A stretch of DNA of 64,000 bases from an uncultured Gemmatimonadales bacterium (GTDB lineage: Bacteria > Gemmatimonadota > Gemmatimonadetes > Longimicrobiales > Gaopeijiaceae): positions 3,008,001-3,072,000 of the forward strand of contig CAWELD010000003.1 of assembly GCA_963809895.1 (NCBI GenBank). Direction: 5' to 3'. Shown here piece after piece: positions 19,454 to 28,168 of the stretch (its first letter is position 1; each line of letters begins with the position of its first letter). The translations under genes and the position numbers were made by a program. The notes beneath the pieces are model-generated. The model worked only from the letters and a program-made list of their open reading frames with translations, searched no databases and was not told the origin of the DNA.

Positions 19454-21785
19454 TCAGCGCCCGGGACCGCCCTGCGCCGAGGCCGCCACCCTCTCCTCGA
19501 TCCATCGTACCGCGGCCTCCAGATCTTCGTCCCGACCCTGCCTGGCGGCCGCGACCGTGCGCCTCACCGGGACGGTGGGAAGCACGCCGATGCCCTGATG
19601 CCGGGAGCCGTCCGGCTTCAAGTAACGCATGCCGGTCCAGCTCACCGTGTACCCACCCGGGAGATCGAAGGGATTCACGTTCCCCGTCACGCCCGCGGTG
19701 GGGCGTCCCACGATGGCGCCGAGTCCGTAGGCCTCGACCAGGCCCAGGATCCCCTCCGGAAAGCTCACGGCACGGGCATCGCTGAGAAACGCGACTTCGC
19801 CGGTGAGCCGCGGCCCCCTGGGTGCGATCGCCCATGCTCCCGAGCGCCAACCGACGAGCCCCTCCCGGTCCGGACGAATGATCCGGGGCACGTCCCAGTA
19901 CTCGGAGCGCAGCGTGTCGGCGCTCAGATGCCCCAGAATCTCACGGACATCGTTGTCCGTGGGATAGCCTCTCAGGTCGAAGACGACGCCGCGGGCCGTG
20001 GCGAGCTCGTCGATGCGAGACTCGATGTCGACCATGCGGGTCCTTGTGAGGTCCACGTAGACGACCCCCGGGACCAATTCGCTGAAGTCCGCCGGCCGGA
20101 AGGCTCGCGGCGAGCCGTCGGCATCGCGGACGCGGGACGTCGTCACCGACTCGCCGCCTCGATCGACCCGCAAACGGACCTCGGTGCCCGGGTCGCCGCG
20201 CGCGAAGCCCCTGAACGGATGTGTCAGGGCGCGATGGTGCTTCCAACCGTCCGAGCCGGACACCTCCATCATGGCGTCCTGGAGCCAGTCGTTCGCCGAC
20301 TGGCCGTCGATGGAGAGGATCACGTCGCCGGGACGCGCGGTCGTGGAATCTTCGCTGGACGTCACCACGACGCGGTCCTGGATCCAATCCACCGTCACGG
20401 GAATCCCTCGCCAGGCCCGGAACAGCGGATGGAATACGTCCGCGTGAGCATCGTCCAGCGGCTCGAGCATGCGCGTGAGCGTGCCGTGGAAGTCCAACGC
20501 CCCCGTATCCCGTCGCGCCTCGAGCAGCGCCCCGGTGAGCGCCGCGTCCCAATCCACGTCCACCACGTCGAAGTACGGATAGAAGTGCTGGATCACGTTC
20601 CAGGTGATCAGGAGGTCCGCGAAGCGCACCGCGGCCTCCGATGCGTCCACCGCACCCGAGTCGACGGAGTCCAGTGCCGCGCGCAGACGTCGTAGGGCGG
20701 CTCCGGAGGCAGAGGGATAGGTGCTGTCGGCGTCGCCGTACAGGGCCAGGGGGACCCAGGCCCTGAGGCCTCGGCCGAGCGAGGCGTCCGTCGCCTCGCC
20801 CACGTCGGGATGCTCGGCGAACAGCGGCTCGGCGACCGCCTGTCGGTCCAGCGCCAGCACCAGCGTCGGTCCGCTCCCCTCGTCGCGAACGACCTCGATC
20901 CGATGCTCTCCACCACGGCTCCCCATGCTCCAGCCGCCGTCCGCCACGGTCGAGGGCTCCGGCGGCAGGGAGGCGAAGCCGGTGTCCAGCCCTGCGACGT
21001 CGCGCCACCCGTCATCGGTCTCCACCTGCAGGCGGAGGTGCACGCACCCGGGCTTCGCCCACGCCCACCAGCACGGCGGCCAGCGTGATGGTGGTGGCGT
21101 CGTCGGCCGCCGGCCCGACGATCTCGTAGCTGGACCACTCCGGTGACGTGATGGGTCGATCCTGCATGAGATCGGAGAACCCCCGGCCCGACTCCCGTCC
21201 GATCACCATGGCCAGGTGCAGCCGAGCCGGACCCTCCGCCTGCATGCGTGCCTCGGCCATCAGGCGCAGCCGCTTTCCCCGTACCGTTTCGGCGTCCACC
21301 TGCGCGTAGACCTGCCCCTCCGGCTCCACGCCGGGCTCCGGGCGATTCAGCCGGATGCTCCGGTACTGCCCCTGGGGCGCGAGCTGGACGCCCTCGTGCT
21401 GCCATGCCACGATGTCGAAGCCCATCGTGTCCGGCGGGACCAGCGAAGGCTGCTCCGGTGTGTCGCCCGTGCGGTAGATCCGAATCGCGGGCGCGATGGG
21501 ATGGAAGAGCTCCCTCAGGATCGTGGCGAGCTCACCGGGCGTGCGGGCAGCCGCGGTCCTCCGGGCACCGTACACCGCGAAACGACCCCAATCCGTGGCC
21601 GCCGCCTCGTCGCTGGGATGGAACCAGCGCACGTACCCGTAGAGCCTGGCGAATGCGCTCAGGTTCTGGACGGAGACGTCGGCCGCCACGGCCCCGGACG
21701 AAGCGCTCGTCTGTGCGCGACAGGACGGCCCTCCCAGAAGGACCACCAGGAATGCTGCGAGCTTCAGCAGCGCGCGTCGCGGCAT
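19454..21785 (-). CDS. S41 family peptidase with PDZ domain (split by one frameshift near 21040-21055)
   Basis: 5' ORF 21012-21785: signal peptide, NL.AFARLYGYVRWFHPSDEAA. 3' ORF 19454-21043: WNVIQHFYPYF, FDLRGYP, AVSFPE, GRPTAGVTGNVN, G.GV.P. Confidence 0.85.
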
Positions 21786-22016
21786 CGTCCACCTCCTCCA
21801 CAGCGGTGCCCGGCAGCGACCGCTGGCCTGTCGACCGGAACAGGCACCCGCCAAGCTTACCTACGGCTATGCCATCACAGGCAAGGTACGGCCGCGCGCG
21901 CGCATCGAGCCGTAGGACATGCTCCCCGCGTCGCGTGGGGATGCTCCGCACAAACTGGTATGCTCCGGGGGCCGGACCGCTCGCCCTCGCGGTCCGGTCT
22001 GCACTCCGTCGGCCCG

Positions 22017-23711
22017 CTACTCCACCGCGTTCCGCAGATCCAGCGACAGCGGCAGCCGGGGCGCCCGGCGGTGATGAGTCGCCTGCTCGTAGGCGTAGGC
22101 GAGGCGGAGCAGGGTGGGCTCGCTCCAGGCCCGCCCGAAGAAGAGGATCCCCACCGGCAATCCCATGACATAGCCGTTGGGCACGGTGATGCTGGGATAG
22201 CCCGCGATGGCGGCGGGTCCCGAGCTCCCTCCGCTGGATCCGCCCATGTTCACCAGGTCGGTGAGCCAGGCCGGACGCGTCGTAGGTGCCACGATGGCGT
22301 CCAGAGAATGCTCGGCCATGAGGGCGTCGATGCCCTCGTCGCGGGAGTACCTGTGCATGGCCGCCAACGCCTCCAGGTACTCCGGATCGGTGAGGGGCCC
22401 CGCCGCTTCCGAGCGCAGGAAGATCTCCTGGCCGAAGAACGGCATCTCCTCGCTGGCGTGCTCCTCGTTGAAGGCGATCAGGTCGGCCAGGGAATGCACC
22501 CGGAAATCCGGGGGCAGGTCGGCGAGATACGCGTTCAGGTCGGCTTTGAACTCGTAACGGAGCACCGTGCTCGACGGACGCCCCATCTCACGGCGCGTCG
22601 TCAGGTTGGCCGGATCCATGATGGTGGCGCCGGCCTCGGACATCACCCGGAGCGCATCTTCCATGAGAGCATCTACGCGGTCGTCGTTGCCGAAGAAGCT
22701 CCGCTCCACCCCGATGCGAGCACCCCGGAGGCCTTCCGCGTCCAGGAACTGCGTGTAGTCGCTGAAGCTGTTCCCACGGGCCGCAGCGGTCGCCTCGTCT
22801 CGGGGATCGACACCCACCAGCGCACCCAGCACCGTGGCCGCATCGCGCACCGCGCGGGCCATGGGCCCGGCGGTGTCCTGGCTGTGGGCGATGGGGATGA
22901 TCCCGGCACGGCTCACCAACCCCACCGTCGGCTTGATCCCCACCACTCCGTTGATGGACGACGGACAGACCACCGAGCCGTTGGTCTCCGTGCCGATGGC
23001 GGCGGCGCAGAAGTTGGCCGATGCCGCCGCGCCCGAGCCGGACGAGGAGCCGCACGGATTCCGGTCCACCGCGTACGGATTGCCACACTGACCCCCGCGG
23101 CCCGACCACCCCGACGAGGATCTCGTGGACCGATAGTTGGCCCACTCGGAGAGGTTCGCCTTGCCCAGGATGATCGCGCCGGCGGCCCGCAGTCGCTCGG
23201 CCACGAACGAATCCCGCGCGGCGAAGTGCCCGGCCAGAGCCAGCGATCCCGCCGCCGTCACCATGCCATCGGCGGTGTCGATGTTGTCCTTCACCAGAAT
23301 GGGAATCCCGTGAAGCGGCCCCCGCAGGTTTCCCGCCTGACGCTCCCGGTCGAGTTGCTCGGCGAGGTCCATGGCCTCGGGATTCGTCTCGATCACGGCG
23401 CGGAGGCGCGGCCCCTGTCGGTCCAGCGCCTCGATGCGCCCGAGGTAGAGCTCCGTGATGGCGCGCGACGTCCAGCGGCCCGACTCCATGCCCGCCAGGA
23501 GGTCCGCGATGGGGACCTCCTCGAGCTCGAAGGTCTCGTCCATCCAGGGCTGGTCGTCGCCGGCGCGCGAGGAGGCGCGCACGCCGTCGTCGGGTGTCGA
23601 ACACCCCGCGGCGGTCCCCGAAGCCAGGGCCGCCGCCCCCAGCCCGCTCACCTTCAGGAAGTCGCGACGGTTCAGGTCGGACGGCTTCGTGGTCGGATCG
23701 TGCGCAGCCAT
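22017..23711 (-). CDS. Amidase-signature family amidase, Tat-exported lipoprotein
   Basis: NRRDFLK twin-arginine motif and AAGC lipobox, GPLHGIPILVKDN, GKANLSEWA, CGSSSGSG, IGTETNGSVVCPS. Confidence 0.93.
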   Translation of the reverse strand: MAAHDPTTKPSDLNRRDFLKVSGLGAAALASGTAAGCSTPDDGVRASSRAGDDQPWMDETFELEEVPIADLLAGMESGRWTSRAITELYLGRIEALDRQGPRLRAVIETNPEAMDLAEQLDRERQAGNLRGPLHGIPILVKDNIDTADGMVTAAGSLALAGHFAARDSFVAERLRAAGAIILGKANLSEWANYRSTRSSSGWSGRGGQCGNPYAVDRNPCGSSSGSGAAASANFCAAAIGTETNGSVVCPSSINGVVGIKPTVGLVSRAGIIPIAHSQDTAGPMARAVRDAATVLGALVGVDPRDEATAAARGNSFSDYTQFLDAEGLRGARIGVERSFFGNDDRVDALMEDALRVMSEAGATIMDPANLTTRREMGRPSSTVLRYEFKADLNAYLADLPPDFRVHSLADLIAFNEEHASEEMPFFGQEIFLRSEAAGPLTDPEYLEALAAMHRYSRDEGIDALMAEHSLDAIVAPTTRPAWLTDLVNMGGSSGGSSGPAAIAGYPSITVPNGYVMGLPVGILFFGRAWSEPTLLRLAYAYEQATHHRRAPRLPLSLDLRNAVE

Positions 23712-23855
23712 GATCGGCACCCTCTGGAGAAAGCCCGCCACACGGGGCCGCGGGCCGGAGTCGAGGACCTCCATCCCGCGTCCGGAGCCGCAGCCTGAGG
23801 GGTCAACCTGCGCTGCAGGTCCGGTCACGAGCAAGCCGGGTCGGGACCGTCCACT

Positions 23856-24446
23856 TCATCCTTCCACCCGGCGACGATCTGTGGGGCCCTCGGGCAGCGG
23901 GCTCAGCACCACCGTCACCTCGTGCATCCTCCCTTCCAGGGGATCAGGGCGAGAGCGACTGCGCCGAAAGATGCCGTGGATGGCCCGAATCGCCTGGTTG
24001 ACCTCGACGACCTCGGCCTCGGTGAGGCGCCCGCGAACGCGCGACGCCCAGTGGTTTCTCCGCGGCCCTTCGAGCTCGAGCGGAAGCTCGTCGTCGTCGA
24101 GGGCACCCGCGAAGCGCCGCTCCGCGCTCCTCAGCAGGGTGGCCACCGCGCTCACGATGGCCTCCACCGCGGGCCGGTCGTCCCGGTGATACCGGACCTC
24201 CACCGACGAGGCGGGCAGATCGACCACCATCCGGCGATCGTTTTCACGGTCGTGCCGCACCAGGAGTCCGGCCTCCAGAAGGAGATTCAGGTGATAGTAG
24301 AGCGTATCCGTCGGGCATCCCAGCGCGGCCGCCAGCTCCGGCACCGTCGAGGGTCCCGCGAAGTCGAGGTGGTCGACGATGTCCTGGCGGACCGTGGATC
24401 CCAGGAGGCGGATCTGCTCGGGGTCCTTCACCAGCAGTTCGTCCAT
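23856..24446 (-). CDS. ArsR-like winged-helix transcriptional regulator
   Basis: 'RQDIVDHL..GPSTVPELAAALG....TLYYHLNLLLEAGLL' HTH_20 pattern and a C-terminal 'RLTEAE..E' dimerisation region. Confidence 0.85.
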   Translation of the reverse strand: MDELLVKDPEQIRLLGSTVRQDIVDHLDFAGPSTVPELAAALGCPTDTLYYHLNLLLEAGLLVRHDRENDRRMVVDLPASSVEVRYHRDDRPAVEAIVSAVATLLRSAERRFAGALDDDELPLELEGPRRNHWASRVRGRLTEAEVVEVNQAIRAIHGIFRRSRSRPDPLEGRMHEVTVVLSPLPEGPTDRRRVEG

Positions 24447-24556
24447 GATCGCTCAGGCGGTGGGAGGGGGCGTCGTTCGCCACGGCCGGCCTCGCGCCAT
24501 CCGGCGGCAGCAGGCCCGACCGTCGCCGCATCCCGGCGCTTGCGGCGTGCATGGCG

Positions 24557-24580
24557 TTGAAATTATCCTATAAATTACAA
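24557..24580. promoter_or_regulatory. AT-rich imperfect palindrome, putative operator between divergent regulator and protease genes
   Basis: TTGAAATT-N8-AATTACAA (arms 7/8 complementary). Confidence 0.5.
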
Positions 24581-24617
24581 CAACAGACAGCAATCGCGGC
24601 GTTTCGGGAGGTGGCGG

Positions 24618-25913
24618 ATGAGACGAGAGACGAGGTGGACGGCCACGGCCACGCCGATGGTCGCGGTTCTCGGGATGTTCGCTTGTGGAGGGCCTTCCGT
24701 CGATGACAGGATGGCCGTGGAGGCGGCCATCCCGGACCTGATGGCTCTGTACGGACGCGGCGATTTCTTCGATCTACGCGCGGCGCTGGACACCATCCCC
24801 ACGATGGACGTGCCCCGCTTGACGTTCCTGCGCGCCGTCGCAGCCAATGCCTTCAACGATCCCACCGCCTCCAATCGCGCACTGGAGTCTCTCGGCGACG
24901 CAACCGCTCTCGTCGACACTCTCCGGGTGCAGGCCTACCGGCTGCGCTTCCGCAACCACATGCGACTCGGTGAGTACGCGGCGGCTTCCACGGCGGCCGA
25001 GGCGCTCCTGGCCCTTCCGGCGGTGGATTCAGTGGTGCGGCGGGATGTGGAGAACGAAGCCCGCGCGGCGGCGGTCCTGGTGGATGCGCCGCCGCAACGA
25101 GTGGCGTCGAGAAGCACTTCGGAGATCCATCGCCTTCCGGACACGCGCGTGCCGGTTCAGGTGGGGGACTCGACGGGTCGCGGCTACGTCCTGGACACCG
25201 GCGCCAACCTTTCCGCCATGATGCGCTCCGAGGCCGAGGCTCTGGGCCTCCAGATTCGGAAGACCGACCTGGCCGTGGGCACCTCCACCGGATCCGAGGT
25301 CACCGCCGACCTCGCCGTGGCACCTCGCGTCCGGTTGGGAAACATCGAGCTGGAGAACGTCGTGTTCCTCGTCGTCCCGGACGAGATGCTCACTTTCGGA
25401 CCCGACTTCCGGATTCCCGGCATCATCGGCTTCCCCGTCATCGATGCCCTGGGGGAGGTGCAGTACGTGGGATCCGACGTGCTGCGCGTTCCCGGAGAGG
25501 TGCCGGCGCGGGAGCCCCACAATCTGGCGCTGGACTACCTCACACCTCTCATCGAGATCGAGGCTGCCCAACGACCGGCGATCTGCGACTTCGACACCGG
25601 TGCCAACCGGACCAGCCTGCACCTGCCCTTCTACGAACGCTATCGCCCGTGGGCCGAGGCCGAAGGGCACGCCGACACCATCCGCACCGCCGGCGCCGGT
25701 GGCGAGCGGAGGATCCCCGCCTTCGTGATCCCCGATCTCCGGGTCGCTCTGGGCGACACCGCCGTCACCTTGCACAGCGTGGCGGTCTACACCGAATCGG
25801 TGACGTCCGGCGGTGAGCAGCCGCGCGACTGCCGCCTGGGACTCGACGCCCTGGCCGGCTTCGCGGGCTACCTGCTCAACTTCCGCTCCATGACGTTCCT
25901 GCCGATCCGGTAG
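24618..25913 (+). CDS. Retropepsin-like aspartyl protease (two domains), lipoprotein
   Basis: MFAC lipobox, two catalytic motifs VLDTGAN and DFDTGAN, GIIG and LGLD closing motifs. GGAGG RBS upstream. Confidence 0.88.
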   Translation: MRRETRWTATATPMVAVLGMFACGGPSVDDRMAVEAAIPDLMALYGRGDFFDLRAALDTIPTMDVPRLTFLRAVAANAFNDPTASNRALESLGDATALVDTLRVQAYRLRFRNHMRLGEYAAASTAAEALLALPAVDSVVRRDVENEARAAAVLVDAPPQRVASRSTSEIHRLPDTRVPVQVGDSTGRGYVLDTGANLSAMMRSEAEALGLQIRKTDLAVGTSTGSEVTADLAVAPRVRLGNIELENVVFLVVPDEMLTFGPDFRIPGIIGFPVIDALGEVQYVGSDVLRVPGEVPAREPHNLALDYLTPLIEIEAAQRPAICDFDTGANRTSLHLPFYERYRPWAEAEGHADTIRTAGAGGERRIPAFVIPDLRVALGDTAVTLHSVAVYTESVTSGGEQPRDCRLGLDALAGFAGYLLNFRSMTFLPIR

Positions 25914-26288
25914 CGGGCCCGCCCGCCCGGGGTGACGGGGCCGGATGGAGTCTCGAAGATCGGTATCGACCCCGTCTTCGGGAGCTTCCGCTACACCGTG
26001 GCAATATCGCCACGGTGCGGTGCTTCTGCGATCCGATGGACGATTCTGAAGAAAACTTGTGTAACCCCCGGCCCGAGATGCATCTTGGTAGAGACGCGGG
26101 CTGAGGATCGCCCGCCAGGCATCCTCGAGATCTCCTGACGCGCCCCGAGACAGCGTCGATGTTCCGGCTGTCCGGGACCTCGAATCGCGACACCCACCTA
26201 CGCCGCGAAACGACTCCGAACCGAGCCCCTGGGGATTCCTGCACCCTTCGACGCCCGATACCGCCCCCCGACCCCGGACGTACCCGCC

Positions 26289-27050
26289 ATGAGATCCTCC
26301 CGAACTACCCGGACCTTCGCCGCAATCCTCATGAGCACGGCCGCCCTGGCCTGCTCCGACGACGACGCCACCGGTCCCGACGGCAGTGGCGTCGGCACCG
26401 TGATCCTCCAGTTCGATCACGTGGTGGCCGGAACGCCCCTCCAGATGAACACCGGCACGTACACCAACGCCGCCGGCAACGAGTACTCGGTGACGAAGCT
26501 CGAGTACACGATGTCGGACTTCACCTTGCAGGGCAGTGGCGGCAGCGCCTCGTTCGACGGCGTGCACTACCGCGACGCCAGCGACGGAACCACGGCGACC
26601 CTCACCATGACCGACGTGCCGGCAGGCACCTACACCAGTCTCCAGTTCACACACGGGATCGCGGGCAGCGACAACACCGCCGGCGCCTTTCCCGATCTGG
26701 ACAACGCCGGCATGGCGTGGCCCGCGATGATGGGCGGCGGCTACCACTACATGCGCAACGAGGGCACCTTCGCCATGGAGGGCGGCGGCACCGGAAACTT
26801 CACCACCCACACCGGCCCCTCCGGCGGCAACGACTTCTCCTTCCCCGTCTCGCTCACCCTGCCCGCGGCACTCGACCTCTCCGACGGCGCGACCGTGACG
26901 ATCCACGTGCAGATGGACGTCAACGAGTGGTACGTGAACCCGAACATGTGGGACTTCAACGACTACGGCCTGATCATGGGCAATCAGACCGCCCAGACCG
27001 CGCTGAAGGCCAACGGGGCCAGTGTCTGGTCGATCGCCTCGGTGAACTGA
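26289..27050 (+). CDS. mbnP: MbnP family copper-binding lipoprotein
   Basis: LAC lipobox, YTNAAGNEYSVTKLEY, VPAGTYTSLQF..G, MAW...GYHYM..EG, THTG. Directly upstream of an MbnH-like gene. Confidence 0.75.
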   Translation: MRSSRTTRTFAAILMSTAALACSDDDATGPDGSGVGTVILQFDHVVAGTPLQMNTGTYTNAAGNEYSVTKLEYTMSDFTLQGSGGSASFDGVHYRDASDGTTATLTMTDVPAGTYTSLQFTHGIAGSDNTAGAFPDLDNAGMAWPAMMGGGYHYMRNEGTFAMEGGGTGNFTTHTGPSGGNDFSFPVSLTLPAALDLSDGATVTIHVQMDVNEWYVNPNMWDFNDYGLIMGNQTAQTALKANGASVWSIASVN

Positions 27051-27052
27051 CG

Positions 27053-28114
27053 ATGAGGGTGCGAGACCCCATGTCCCTGGCGGCGTTCCTCGCCGTGGCG
27101 GCGTGCGCCGGCGGCGATGACGCGTCGGGACCGGAGCAGCCGCCGGCACCCGATCCCCTGGTCATCGACGTCCTGGGCCTCCCGCCCATGCCCCCCTTTC
27201 CGGACAACCCGACGACGGTCCAGGGCGTGGCGCTGGGACGCCGCCTCTTCCACGACCCGATTCTGTCCGGTGACGGCACGCAGTCGTGCGCGAGCTGCCA
27301 TCAGCAGGGGCGGGCCTTTGGCGACACCACGGCGGTGAGCCTGGGGATTCACGGCGATCCGGGGACCCGGAACGCGCAGGTGGTGGTGAACCCGGGCTGG
27401 CAGCAGTTCCAGTTCTGGGACGGGCGCCGGGGAAGCCTGGAAGACCAGGCCCGCGACCCGGTGGTGAATCCGGTGGAGATGGCCTCCGAGTGGTCGGAGG
27501 TGGAGGCGCGCATCGCCGCCGATCCCACGTATCCTCCCCTGTTCACGGCGGCCTTCGGCTCGTCGGACGTGACCCAGGATCGGGTGGTCATGGCCATCGC
27601 CCAGTTCGAGCGCACCTTCGTGTCGGCGAACTCGCGCTACGACCGCAAGCTCCGGGGAGAGGTCCAGTTCACGGAGGCGGAGGCACGAGGTGAGGCCCTC
27701 TTCTTCGACGAGAGGGCCGAGTGCTCGCACTGTCACGCGGGCCCCCTGCTCACCGACGGAGACTTCCACGACATCGGTCTGGACGTGGAGCCCGTGGATC
27801 AGGGGCGGGCCGAGGTCACGGAAGCCGACTTCGACCGGGGCAAGTTCAAGACGCCGACGCTCCGCAACGTGGCCCGCACGGCGCCCTACATGCACGACGG
27901 CCGCTTCAGCACGCTGGAAGAGGTGCTCGGTCACTACGCCGGCGATATCAAGCGCTCCACGAATCTGGACGCGACGTTGGGCGTGCATCTGAACGACGGG
28001 GGCACCGGACTGGGGCTGACCGCCGAGGAGCGGGCCGACCTGATCGCTTTCCTCAGGACCCTCACGGACGAAGAGTTCCTGACCAATCCGGCCTTCGGAC
28101 CACCGCCCGGCTGA
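27053..28114 (+). CDS. mbnH: Di-heme cytochrome c peroxidase/MauG family enzyme (MbnH-like), lipoprotein
   Basis: DNP.T...VALGRRLFHD..LS, CASCH and CSHCH, QFWDGR, FKTPTLRNVARTAPYMHDGRF. ATG at 27053, 2 bp after the mbnP stop. Confidence 0.85.
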   Translation: MRVRDPMSLAAFLAVAACAGGDDASGPEQPPAPDPLVIDVLGLPPMPPFPDNPTTVQGVALGRRLFHDPILSGDGTQSCASCHQQGRAFGDTTAVSLGIHGDPGTRNAQVVVNPGWQQFQFWDGRRGSLEDQARDPVVNPVEMASEWSEVEARIAADPTYPPLFTAAFGSSDVTQDRVVMAIAQFERTFVSANSRYDRKLRGEVQFTEAEARGEALFFDERAECSHCHAGPLLTDGDFHDIGLDVEPVDQGRAEVTEADFDRGKFKTPTLRNVARTAPYMHDGRFSTLEEVLGHYAGDIKRSTNLDATLGVHLNDGGTGLGLTAEERADLIAFLRTLTDEEFLTNPAFGPPPG

Positions 28115-28168
28115 GCTCCACCCGGGACCTCCCTTCGACCCGCCATCCTCTTCTGCGAGGGTGGCGGG

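Noticed and set aside
21919..21967. Three ATGCTCC direct repeats between the amidase and S41 genes
   Set aside because: Short, unevenly spaced (22 and 19 bp), with no supporting context.
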